Source: a virus
Taxonomy: Duplodnaviria; Caudoviricetes
Direction: 5' to 3' (one strand)
IMG/VR virus record: IMGVR_UViG_3300027563_000002
Location: 1-64,000 of that record
DNA length: 64,000 bases
A program made the translations under genes and the position numbers. Each line of letters opens with the position of its first letter. Within the stretch, counting starts at the first letter, position 1. The notes beneath the pieces were generated by a model. That model did not search any database. It was not told where the DNA came from and saw only the letters and a program-made list of their open reading frames with translations. Shown here one piece after another: positions 35,967 to 45,328 of this stretch.

Positions 35967-36371
35967 TTATACAGGCAGTTGATAGCCGTCTGCTTTGTAA
36001 TTGGCTTGCCCTACAATAACTCCACGCACACCACCTACAGGATCAGCACAGTCGCCCACACGGCGTGGTATCAAATGCACATGTGGGTACATCACAGTTT
36101 GTCCTGCTTCCCGACCCATGTTGATGCCAATGTTAAATGACGCACATTCGCCATCGGCTACCATTCGTCGACCTTCCTGCATGGCTGTTCGAAAACAATC
36201 CATGATCACTGTATCTGTGTTGTATTGTGGCACAAACAACAAGTGTCCCGATGTTACCGGATATCGATCTTGAAACACCGCTACACTAAATGCTGTGAGT
36301 CGTTCAACTGCCAAGTCCCAAGGTGCCACTCCTGCGGCTTGTGCTTGTTCTAATGTTTCGTACTTGATCAT
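35967..36371 (-). CDS. HIT family hydrolase
   Basis: YPVTSGHLL, AGQTV..HVHLIPR (first His replaced). Confidence 0.85.
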   Translation of the reverse strand: MIKYETLEQAQAAGVAPWDLAVERLTAFSVAVFQDRYPVTSGHLLFVPQYNTDTVIMDCFRTAMQEGRRMVADGECASFNIGINMGREAGQTVMYPHVHLIPRRVGDCADPVGGVRGVIVGQANYKADGYQLPV

Positions 36372-37066
36372 TCTTTTCTGCCGCCAAACAACTGCAACAA
36401 ATTCAAGAACAAGTTGATAAAGTCCATGTACAAAGTCAATGCGCCACGTACTTCTGCAGCCGCGCTGGTTTCCATTGAAAGTTCTTCGCGAATCTTTTGT
36501 GTATCGTAGGCAGTGAGTCCCAGAAAGATAATGATAGCCAATGCGGAGATCACCATCTGCATCACGGTGCTGCCAATAAAGATATTAACGATACTGGCAA
36601 TGCAGATGGCGATCAAACCCACAATCATGAACTTGCCCAGGCTATCCAAACTTTGTTTGGTAAAGTAACCATAGCCACTCATTACACCAAACAAGATGGC
36701 AGCGCCCATGAATGCACTCACAATTGATCCCATGGTAAACACCGCAAAAATCATTGCAAAGCTCAGGCCCATCAAGGCCGCAAAACCATGTAGACACAAC
36801 TGTGCCACTTGCTTTGACGGATCATTGGCCAACACGTAACTCACACCAAATATGGCTGCTAGTGGTGCAAAAATCACAATCCATTTCAACACCCCGGTAA
36901 AAAAGAATTGCAAAAGTTCCGGGGTAGTACCAATCCAATAGCTGACCAGCATGCTGACCAACACAGCAAGACTCATGTGCCCATACACACGACCCATGGC
37001 CGAATTGATTTCTTCTGCTGACCGATAATTTAAAACACCTTGACTGCTGTAGTTTGTACCAAACAT
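36368..37066 (-). CDS. Bax inhibitor-1/YccA family membrane protein
   Basis: 7 TM, AYDTQKI, ALTLYMDFINLF. Confidence 0.9.
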   Translation of the reverse strand: MFGTNYSSQGVLNYRSAEEINSAMGRVYGHMSLAVLVSMLVSYWIGTTPELLQFFFTGVLKWIVIFAPLAAIFGVSYVLANDPSKQVAQLCLHGFAALMGLSFAMIFAVFTMGSIVSAFMGAAILFGVMSGYGYFTKQSLDSLGKFMIVGLIAICIASIVNIFIGSTVMQMVISALAIIIFLGLTAYDTQKIREELSMETSAAAEVRGALTLYMDFINLFLNLLQLFGGRKE

Positions 37067-37189
37067 GATTTTTCCTTTAAGTTAATTCTACTACTCTATA
37101 CTGAGATGCAGGATAGTGTTCCTGCAACCACTCTAAAAGCCCTGGTTCCCAGTGAAATTGAATTTCACCTGTGATATTTGTAATTATGA

Positions 37190-37885
37190 TCATCTTGGTG
37201 CAAACTCCTGCTGTAGTTTAATATTGTCCATGAACTCTTTTTTCACACTGTCGTCTGTTTTGAAAGCACCTCGCAGCACAGTGGTCTGTGTAAGACTTGA
37301 ATGTGCCATGATGCCGCGATTCTCACAGCAACCATGTGTGGCCTGTATGTACACACCAACATCTTTTGAATCAGTCGCTGCCATGATCTCGTTGGCAATG
37401 TCTATGCACAGTTCTTCTTGTAGTGTTCCTCGACGAGCACACCATTGAGCAATCCGAGTATACTTAGATAAGCCAATGAGTTTGGCAGCGGCGATGATTC
37501 CAATATAGGCGACCCCACTAACTGGTTGATGATGATGACTGCACATACTACGAAGTTCACTTCTAACCACCAACATACCTTCGTAACGATCTTGTGAATC
37601 ATTGGGAAACGCTGTTGCATCTGGTGCTGGTTCATATCTTCCTGCCATTATTTCGTTATAGTACATCTTGGCCAAGCGTCGAGCTGTGCCTTTTGAGTTG
37701 GGATCCGTTGCACGATCAATCAGCAGTGCATCCAGCACGCCTTCAAAAGCCAGGGTAGCTTCGTCAATGAGCTTTTCTTTGATGGCATCACTCATGTAGT
37801 CACTAATGTTGTCGCCGGCCCAGAAGCGTTGACCTCGGGACTGCATTTGTTCTCTAAGCACCTGTGATAAATTTTTTTCTTGCAT
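37190..37885 (-). CDS. folE: GTP cyclohydrolase I
   Basis: SMCSHH, GLSK, LQE, HGC..RG. Confidence 0.95.
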   Translation of the reverse strand: MQEKNLSQVLREQMQSRGQRFWAGDNISDYMSDAIKEKLIDEATLAFEGVLDALLIDRATDPNSKGTARRLAKMYYNEIMAGRYEPAPDATAFPNDSQDRYEGMLVVRSELRSMCSHHHQPVSGVAYIGIIAAAKLIGLSKYTRIAQWCARRGTLQEELCIDIANEIMAATDSKDVGVYIQATHGCCENRGIMAHSSLTQTTVLRGAFKTDDSVKKEFMDNIKLQQEFAPR

Positions 37886-37927
37886 TGTTACTCCAGTGTT
37901 TGATTGTACACTATTTAGATTTGTGCG

Positions 37928-38518
37928 TCAACTGACTATGGAAATTTGTCTGCAATCTGGATAGATAACCTTGCGTGGTGGTTGACTTTGATACTGACTC
38001 AGCAGTGCCAGCCCACATTGAGCCTCTTCAATTGTGGGACGATAATGATAGCCAACTCGAAAAGTTTGTTGTGAAACCCAGGGAGACACAGTCAAATCTC
38101 TGCCATCATAACGCATGGCCAACAAGGCACGATAAGCCTCAGCATCATCCAACAGTATGGCACCACCACGCCCAATGTTCAAAGGTTTGTCATGTCCAAA
38201 ACTTACGCATTGTATCTGTCCTGGTCGATACATGTTGTGTTCCAAACGTCGAGCACTGTCCCAGATTCTAGTTTTTCTAAAACGATACTCACCAATCCAT
38301 TGCGCAGGATCGTCCTCTTCATACACATACTTGATACCCAATTTGTGCATGAGCATGGGTATGCTCAAATAGGTGTATGGGGTGAATGCGCAAAACTCCA
38401 CACGGTCATACCTCATGCACAGTTCAATGGCATGAGTACAACAATCAGTCATTACCACATATTGAGCACCAGTGAACTGGGCTAGGGCTGTTTCAAACTC
38501 AAGAATTTTTTCGAACAT
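37928..38518 (-). CDS. DegT/DnrJ-like PLP aminotransferase (short)
   Basis: CTHAIEL, DSA, SFGHDK...GGAI. Confidence 0.75.
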   Translation of the reverse strand: MFEKILEFETALAQFTGAQYVVMTDCCTHAIELCMRYDRVEFCAFTPYTYLSIPMLMHKLGIKYVYEEDDPAQWIGEYRFRKTRIWDSARRLEHNMYRPGQIQCVSFGHDKPLNIGRGGAILLDDAEAYRALLAMRYDGRDLTVSPWVSQQTFRVGYHYRPTIEEAQCGLALLSQYQSQPPRKVIYPDCRQISIVS

Positions 38519-39455
38519 ACCAGTTCCAAGCGTGTTGTATCATGTTATCCAATTCAAACTGTCGCCAATCCTTGGCTACCTGACCAAATTTGACAGCACT
38601 GGCTGTGAGCACAGCCGGGTCTCCTGGCCTGGCCTCGCCCATGACAACTTTTAATTTCCGTCCAGTCACACGCTCAGCAGCAGTAATGATTTCTCTGTTG
38701 CTAACACCGTTGTTGGAACCCAGATTGTATATACCTGCGGGAACATCATGATAGATAGCCAGACTGTGTGCTCGAGCAATGTCATCCACGTGAACATAAT
38801 CACGAATGCAGGTGCCGTCGGCAGTGGCAAAGTCTACTCCATTTAGTGTGAATTCTGTATCGTCTCTAATAGCTTCCAACACTCGGGCAATGATGTGTGT
38901 GGCACCTGATTCTTGTCCGTGTCTACCTTGACTGTCAGCACCGCAGGCATTGAAATAACGAAATGCCACATAGTCTAGCCCATATGCACGATGATAACTT
39001 TCCAAGATCTGCTCCACCATCATCTTGCTTTCACCATAAGGACTGATAGGTTCACGGGGATCAACTTCGTGACATGGAGTCATAATAGGTTCACCGTACA
39101 CTGCTGCGCTAGAACTAAAAATAAATCTGGCTTTTGGCACAGCAGACATAGCAATGTTCAGCAGTCTGAGAGTCTTGACCACATTGTTGTCGTAGTATTC
39201 GCTGGGATGCAGTATGCTGGGCCCGACCAAGCTGGTGCCTGCACAGTGTACAATGGCGGTGGGCCACACAGAAATCAACTTGCAATAAGATTCCTCACTG
39301 TCAAAATCTGCTTGCACAAAGTCCATGACATCTTCAAGATGCTGCGGCAAGGGCCTACGATCGATGCCAATAACGGTGTGTCCCGAGTCAGCCAACATCA
39401 ATGCAGTTTGCCCGCCAATGTATCCAGCAGCACCGGTAACTATTACTGTTTTCAT
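38499..39455 (-). CDS. galE: UDP-glucose 4-epimerase
   Basis: GAAGYIG, SSSAAVYG, YGESK, RYFNACGAD, DGTCIRDYVHV. Confidence 0.92.
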   Translation of the reverse strand: MKTVIVTGAAGYIGGQTALMLADSGHTVIGIDRRPLPQHLEDVMDFVQADFDSEESYCKLISVWPTAIVHCAGTSLVGPSILHPSEYYDNNVVKTLRLLNIAMSAVPKARFIFSSSAAVYGEPIMTPCHEVDPREPISPYGESKMMVEQILESYHRAYGLDYVAFRYFNACGADSQGRHGQESGATHIIARVLEAIRDDTEFTLNGVDFATADGTCIRDYVHVDDIARAHSLAIYHDVPAGIYNLGSNNGVSNREIITAAERVTGRKLKVVMGEARPGDPAVLTASAVKFGQVAKDWRQFELDNMIQHAWNWYVRKNS

Positions 39456-40069
39456 GTTATTATCACCTGCGTTAATTGTTGTGTTATTGCGTCTAACATA
39501 CGTTGAGCTACTCTCTTGGGATCAAGAGCATTATTGTAATATGATTGCTCAATCTCATTAGCAGTTTTGGTGCCTTCAAAATTACGATAGCGCATATTAG
39601 TTTTAGTCAATGAAATCTTTGCTTCGAGTATTTTAATGTGAGTGGCTTCGGTGGCAATTAAGTCAAGTGAGAATTTGCTAGCCATTTTTGTTCCGCCGTA
39701 CACACTTTGATAGGTACTGGGAGTATCTATTGCATTAGAACTACACCAAACAAATTGTCCTTGCTTTCTAGAATTAGCGTAATGTTTAAATAAAAATAAA
39801 TTTGAAATATAATTTACATTAATTTGACTTAGTTGATTTTGCCAAGTGTTTTTTAAAAATCCTTGCCATGTGCCTTGGCTATGTCCGGCACAATTAACAA
39901 GAATATCATACGGAGTAAAATCACGCTCAAATATTTGTTCTGGATGATTGAGATCTAATTCTTTTGAAGACCATGGAGTAACTGTGTATTGTTTAGAGTC
40001 GGTCATTAGGCTGCCCAAGTTTGATCCTATCCCGCCCGAAGCGCCAATTAATAATACAGATGTTTTCAT
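39452..40069 (-). CDS. SDR oxidoreductase
   Basis: GASGGIG, NCAG, YGGTK. Confidence 0.8.
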   Translation of the reverse strand: MKTSVLLIGASGGIGSNLGSLMTDSKQYTVTPWSSKELDLNHPEQIFERDFTPYDILVNCAGHSQGTWQGFLKNTWQNQLSQINVNYISNLFLFKHYANSRKQGQFVWCSSNAIDTPSTYQSVYGGTKMASKFSLDLIATEATHIKILEAKISLTKTNMRYRNFEGTKTANEIEQSYYNNALDPKRVAQRMLDAITQQLTQVIIT

Positions 40070-40103
40070 AAATTAATTACAAAAACTTCAATTAGTCTAA
40101 ACC

Positions 40104-41306
40104 TCAATCTTCAATCCTCCTCACGTGATACTTGTCTGTAGCCACATGATCTCTATATCTGTTGCCAGCACGATTCCATTGCTCACCTGCACCGCTTATG
40201 ATGTCTATCACACGATCGATGGTACCATTATTCCAATCACTAATCAAGCCCATGTTGTGATGTGGTTCACGCAGGAGATTTTGCATTTTGTGATAGGCAT
40301 CATCTATTGACCAAGGAACATAAAGCCTGTTAGGGTCATTAGAAAAAGTTTCAGGGAAAGACCTATAAGCAGGGTATAAAACATTACAGCCAAGAGTGTC
40401 TGCTTCACTGACTGTGTTGCTAACCCAATCTTGAAGGGCGCAATTAAACAGCACACGAGTATTATTAAGGTGAGCGTAGTAATCATTTTTTGTAATGTTG
40501 TCATAGATTTTGAGTTTGCCTTCCTGCTCGTACATTCTGGCACGGGTCACATATTCAGGATTGTTGCTGCGCAGAGGTCCACCTGAGTAGATCACAAATT
40601 CACAAGGCTCGCTGGTGAGCTGCTCATACATCTCAATCAAGTCCATAAAGAAGCCTGGTTGTTTCTCTTGATCCCAACGTGCAGCAAAGCCCACACGTCG
40701 CGGACGATCTGCAAATGGCTTGATGTTTGCACTGCCACCAATGCGTTCTAAAACTTCTTCTTTGCCAAATGCCAAGCCCGAAATGTTGTAGATTGGAGCA
40801 GTCCAGCCTGCGATTCGCATGTGAGCCACCATCTCTTCGTTGGTGGCCAGCACACCTGTAACAAACTGATTGACCATCTTTTCATAAGTGCTCATCCAGC
40901 CAGCCATGCCCCACACATGCACAAAGTCATCGGGATCAATGGCCTGTGCTAGACAGCGAACAAACACTTGTGGGCGTTGTTCTGCGGGAATCTGGTCCAT
41001 GATGTAGGGCAGGCTTTCAATGCCAGGTTGAAACATGTCTTCAAAGTAGATGACATCTTCCGCAGTTACTTCGCCATTCTTCATCAGCTGAACCAAGTTC
41101 ATCATTTGACTCATGGCAAAGTAACTGCGGCCATGTGCATCCAGCACCTGTCCAACACTGATGCTTTGTGTATTGTCAATGGTGACACCGGGCACATATA
41201 CCACATCTAGGCCACGACGCTCAAACACACGTCGATTCCATTCAGTTAGTTGTAGAGTGTAACGGGCCTCGTAACTTTCGAGACCCATGTAATAAAGTTT
41301 TTTCAT
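40104..41306 (-). CDS. GT-B glycosyltransferase
   Basis: ARWDQEK.P, EA..LGC..LYP..RSFPE. Confidence 0.7.
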   Translation of the reverse strand: MKKLYYMGLESYEARYTLQLTEWNRRVFERRGLDVVYVPGVTIDNTQSISVGQVLDAHGRSYFAMSQMMNLVQLMKNGEVTAEDVIYFEDMFQPGIESLPYIMDQIPAEQRPQVFVRCLAQAIDPDDFVHVWGMAGWMSTYEKMVNQFVTGVLATNEEMVAHMRIAGWTAPIYNISGLAFGKEEVLERIGGSANIKPFADRPRRVGFAARWDQEKQPGFFMDLIEMYEQLTSEPCEFVIYSGGPLRSNNPEYVTRARMYEQEGKLKIYDNITKNDYYAHLNNTRVLFNCALQDWVSNTVSEADTLGCNVLYPAYRSFPETFSNDPNRLYVPWSIDDAYHKMQNLLREPHHNMGLISDWNNGTIDRVIDIISGAGEQWNRAGNRYRDHVATDKYHVRRIED

Positions 41307-41326
41307 ATAGTTTTTTCTTGGGAGAT

Positions 41327-41893
41327 TTACAAATTATACACAGTTTTAATAAATTTTGCAACTTCTTTATTGCCAATGGTGTCCAAATGATTAATGGATC
41401 CAGGATACCGTTTCCAAATAGAATGCAAATTAATAACGCTGTTGTTTTTTTCATTTTCAAAAAAAGTCAAATGCAATGATCGGTATTGCGAAGTCATGTC
41501 AACTATTTTTTCCACCAGTAAGCGGTAAACGGTGTCTGCTTCTTCTAGATTAAAAACATTTTCAAAGTACCATGCGACATTTTGAGTAAAGTTTGTTTTG
41601 GCTGCTGACTTTACATCCTGATAAATTAGATCACAATTTTGATGTGTTTGGCTGGCTGAATGCAATGGATTATGATCAATGTAAATTCTATAAGGACTAC
41701 TGTGTACAACAATCACATGACTAAATGTTGTTAGGTCAGTGTTGATTAATTTTTTATAAATTCGGTATTCACTACTGCCGTTGCTGGATAGATTTGTGAT
41801 TTTGCAGTCGGTTAACATGGTAGTCCAACTGTCAGAGCAGGTATCTGATGAAAAACTGTCTCCAATTATCAATATATTATTTGTGTTCATCAA
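41327..41893 (-). CDS. SGNH-like protein
   Basis: IGDSFS, NLSSNGSS, NHL. Confidence 0.6.
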   Translation of the reverse strand: MMNTNNILIIGDSFSSDTCSDSWTTMLTDCKITNLSSNGSSEYRIYKKLINTDLTTFSHVIVVHSSPYRIYIDHNPLHSASQTHQNCDLIYQDVKSAAKTNFTQNVAWYFENVFNLEEADTVYRLLVEKIVDMTSQYRSLHLTFFENEKNNSVINLHSIWKRYPGSINHLDTIGNKEVAKFIKTVYNL

Positions 41894-42596
41894 GAAATTT
41901 TAACACAGTTGGTTTTAAAAATTCTGCAAATAATTTATTACCGTTATAATTAGGATGCACTTCAAAAAATAAATTAGCTTTTTCTAATTCTTTCCAAAAG
42001 AAAAAAACGTCCCAAATTGCGTCTAATGCTGTTTTGTCTGGGTCAACAGTTGGATTTTCATGCAAAAATTTTTGCACATGTTCTGCACCCCAAAAATAAT
42101 TTAGACAATAATTTCCACCATCTGCAGGAGCAACATGCACAGTTTGATCGACCACTTTCATTCCAGCCTGCTCAGCCAGCCATAATTGCCAATTGTAATG
42201 GCCCACAGTGATATTTTTATATGCCTGGTCATTGACCCCAGCTACAGCACCTATCAATAATACAGGTCGATCAAGTGAGTCGATCTTGTCAAGACAGTGT
42301 TGATTGCACTGATTCCAGATAATTTTCCAGTCTTTGCTAGTGATAAACTCTTTATATGACATGCCTGTAATGGATTGTAAATCAGTTACTGGGTCATGAT
42401 AGAGAAAAACTATAGGTAATGTTTTATTAGGATGGTCACTAACTAATTTTAAGGACTCCAACACACTGATGGCAGTTTTTGACAAATTGTAATAAGGTAT
42501 ATTCCATTCTTTTGCCAAGCTGGTTTTGGGAGTTTGACCTGGATCGTAACTTCTATTAGCCCAACTGGACCCACCATACAAATACTGTGGTTCCAT
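41877..42596 (-). CDS. SGNH-like protein
   Basis: GGSSW, HPNYNG. Confidence 0.5.
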   Translation of the reverse strand: MEPQYLYGGSSWANRSYDPGQTPKTSLAKEWNIPYYNLSKTAISVLESLKLVSDHPNKTLPIVFLYHDPVTDLQSITGMSYKEFITSKDWKIIWNQCNQHCLDKIDSLDRPVLLIGAVAGVNDQAYKNITVGHYNWQLWLAEQAGMKVVDQTVHVAPADGGNYCLNYFWGAEHVQKFLHENPTVDPDKTALDAIWDVFFFWKELEKANLFFEVHPNYNGNKLFAEFLKPTVLKFLDEHK

Positions 42597-42597
42597 A

Positions 42598-42822
42598 CTA
42601 TCTGCGATCTCCGGCAAAGCGACGAGTGTCCTCATCCCACATGTTCTTGGCGTTCTTGCCTTGATGCCACTTGTTGAATTGTTGCCATGCATAACTCTTG
42701 AAGTTATACAAGTCGGACTCGCTATAGCGATAGCCATAGTCCTGACAGAATTCCAGGTAAACTTCAAGATCCTCTTGGATCTCTAGGACTTTGGGATTGG
42801 GTTTAAATGTGGGTCTTGCCAT
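42598..42822 (-). CDS. hypothetical protein
   Basis: AAGGA SD, compact ORF. Confidence 0.7.
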   Translation of the reverse strand: MARPTFKPNPKVLEIQEDLEVYLEFCQDYGYRYSESDLYNFKSYAWQQFNKWHQGKNAKNMWDEDTRRFAGDRR

Positions 42823-42838
42823 AATGCTTCCTTGATAA

Positions 42839-43552
42839 TTATAGTTTATAAAATTCTAGAGATTGACGGAACATCTCTGGATGGTCGACAAATATGTTTG
42901 GTAGTTTAGCTCTCAACATAAGATGACCAAACATTTCTGTATTTTCAAAATGGATAAAATTTTTAGATTTATCCTGTATCCATTCATCCAAAAACTCATC
43001 TGCAGAATGTCCAACATGATGAAAAAACATAGCCTGGTCTCCTACCAAAAATGGTACAAAATCATGTTTTCCTAACAACTCTTCACATATCACTTGCTCT
43101 ACCCCAGGCAAGTAATAATCATCCATGTGTAATATGGTATTTTTATGCATACAAGGCAAGCACTTATGTAAATCATTTAATGCATATTTGTAATCATGAT
43201 TGCCATCAATAGATACAAAATCATATTTTTCATTGCTGCTCAACTCAAGTTGCATACTGTCAATTTCGATAAAATTTATATTATGATTTCGAAAAATGTT
43301 TTCAAATATATGTCTCAAAGAAAAATCTATATCTATTGAAGTTATCGCCGAATCTAGACCAGCTGCCTCTATCATGATGCCTGTGCTTTGTCCTGCAAAA
43401 AACCCAATCTCTAATAGCCTTTTTGGATCAAAGTATTCAATAATTTTCCATAACAAGAACATATCAATTCGCTCTCTCATGAGCCCCGTTGGCATGTTGG
43501 AAACTCTAAAGTCATCTAGATTGGCTAATATTTGTGATTGATACAGTTTCAT
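42839..43552 (-). CDS. class I SAM methyltransferase (Methyltransf_24-like)
   Basis: LEIG...GQS, IDGNHDY, DD. Confidence 0.8.
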   Translation of the reverse strand: MKLYQSQILANLDDFRVSNMPTGLMRERIDMFLLWKIIEYFDPKRLLEIGFFAGQSTGIMIEAAGLDSAITSIDIDFSLRHIFENIFRNHNINFIEIDSMQLELSSNEKYDFVSIDGNHDYKYALNDLHKCLPCMHKNTILHMDDYYLPGVEQVICEELLGKHDFVPFLVGDQAMFFHHVGHSADEFLDEWIQDKSKNFIHFENTEMFGHLMLRAKLPNIFVDHPEMFRQSLEFYKL

Positions 43553-43986
43553 TAGATGACAATGTTGAGGTTAGGTTTGGTTAATTCGTACCTGATCAGT
43601 GCGCCATTTTCGCCGTCTTCCGACACTTCGATATGTACCACACGACCAGGATAGCGATCAGCTATTTGTATATATAGGTCGTCTGCTATCATCTCACAAC
43701 TTTTGTAGTCGAGACTCAGTACGGAATTGTCACTGTTGTACAGCGACTCACACCAGCGTTTGAACTGGATAAACTCCACATCTCGATCGTTGTGGAACAC
43801 ATCAATCCACACTCGGAAATGGAAAATATGACGATGGGGATTGGCAAGAAATGACACATCGGCCAAGTTGGGATCTGTGGCGGCAGCAGGATACATGTGA
43901 ATGCCTTCACGTTGCCATGTGACCCAGATCTGGCGCTGGGCCGCTGACATCACACGTTCTGTTCGATCTCTGTCTAGTTGATTCAT
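43552..43986 (-). CDS. QueD-paralog T-fold protein, DpdL-like (putative CDG decarboxylase)
   Basis: LANPHRHIF in place of CxxxHGH; DRDVEF, SCEMIA, VSEDGENG; lies in the dpd cluster. Confidence 0.65.
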   Translation of the reverse strand: MNQLDRDRTERVMSAAQRQIWVTWQREGIHMYPAAATDPNLADVSFLANPHRHIFHFRVWIDVFHNDRDVEFIQFKRWCESLYNSDNSVLSLDYKSCEMIADDLYIQIADRYPGRVVHIEVSEDGENGALIRYELTKPNLNIVI

Positions 43987-44534
43987 TCGTATAAGTCCTT
44001 GAAAGTTGAAGTTGCCATGTTTTCTAATTTTTCCATTGCACGGTCAGTCAGTCTAAAATCATAAGATCTAGACGTTTTGGGATTGGTACGTTCGAAATAG
44101 CCATATGGTCCACCAGATATGTAATTGCTGTCATCGCCTGCAACAATTTTTTCTCTAGCTGTTTCGTACGATTCTTCAATCTTTTGTTGTATGAAAGGAT
44201 TACTAAAATCATACATGTCGGCGCTGACAATGACCTGGTCTTGAGTCTTTACTCTGAGTTGTTGTTGTATTTTATCATGAATGGGAGATTCAGGATACGG
44301 TGTGATTTTGATGTCTTCGGGCAACATCTTGCCTATGCTTTGAGCCGACGTTGAATCTAGATCTCTGCTTTTTACTTCAAATCCATATGCGGGCACATCA
44401 ACTCCCTGCCCACGACGATCCATGGGCCAGCCATGCGCTGCCATTATTTCTTCTACTTCTCGTCCGGCTGCACCGTTGGTCTTTGGCGGCACTGACTGTC
44501 CTACCAAATGTTTGACTTGTTTGATTTTTGCCAT
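43983..44534 (-). CDS. PD-(D/E)XK restriction endonuclease-like protein
   Basis: GREVE...VD......EVKS. Confidence 0.55.
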   Translation of the reverse strand: MAKIKQVKHLVGQSVPPKTNGAAGREVEEIMAAHGWPMDRRGQGVDVPAYGFEVKSRDLDSTSAQSIGKMLPEDIKITPYPESPIHDKIQQQLRVKTQDQVIVSADMYDFSNPFIQQKIEESYETAREKIVAGDDSNYISGGPYGYFERTNPKTSRSYDFRLTDRAMEKLENMATSTFKDLYE

Positions 44535-44535
44535 T

Positions 44536-44835
44536 TTAAGATTTCAAACTTTCAAATGTCACAATCTTAGCCAGTGCCGAACCAAGGTCTTGATCAGGAT
44601 GTACAATGTGTAACTCACAAGAGTGTTGATCCTTACGTTCGTCGTATCTGTTGTACTCTACCATCATGCCACCATTGGCACGATACACAGTAAAGTTCAT
44701 TCTGTGTTTGCTACTGCCAATGCTGGACACATCTTGTTTGAAAGAAGTCTCAAGATTACTTATTGTTGCTAATGTTTCACCGCGGTTTCTGAGATATTTG
44801 GCACGCCGTAATATCCAGTTGTCTAGCCATTTCAT
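44536..44835 (-). CDS. hypothetical protein
   Basis: operonic ORF. Confidence 0.7.
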   Translation of the reverse strand: MKWLDNWILRRAKYLRNRGETLATISNLETSFKQDVSSIGSSKHRMNFTVYRANGGMMVEYNRYDERKDQHSCELHIVHPDQDLGSALAKIVTFESLKS

Positions 44836-45328
44836 AATTCTCTGTCGCCTTTGTAATCATCCCAACTGGTAAATGTTTCACGGCTCATCAGGCTGTGTAG
44901 ACTGTGGCACCAGACGCCGGGATTGGTAGCGTCAAAGTCCTTGTCATCTATTTTTAACATTGTATTATAATTCCACAGTCGTGTATACGGCACACTTACT
45001 CGAATCTGTGGAATAAAGTTGCGATAATCACACAGGCCGCCATCATTGAATTCTTCCACATGTGTGACGGGAATGTCCAGGCTGCACAAATAGCCCAGGG
45101 CCAAAAAGTGTGAGACCATGCGTTCCCATTGTGCCCATTCTTCGGCCCTTTGCGGAGCAAAACTGTGATTGGCACCAAAAAATATGTGCTCACAATCTGC
45201 CATTTTGGCTGCAATATCAGCAATGGGTTGTAGCCCCACCACAAACATGTGCGTTTGCCAAACGCAGGTGTGCGTTCTACTTCTGTGCCTTTGAAAAAGT
45301 CAACGCTGTCATGTCCTTCACGCTTCAT
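44832..45328 (-). pseudogene. conserved phage hypothetical gene with an apparent 1-nt frameshift near 45248
   Basis: MKREGHD...GKRT in one frame continues as FVVGLQP... in another. Confidence 0.6.
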
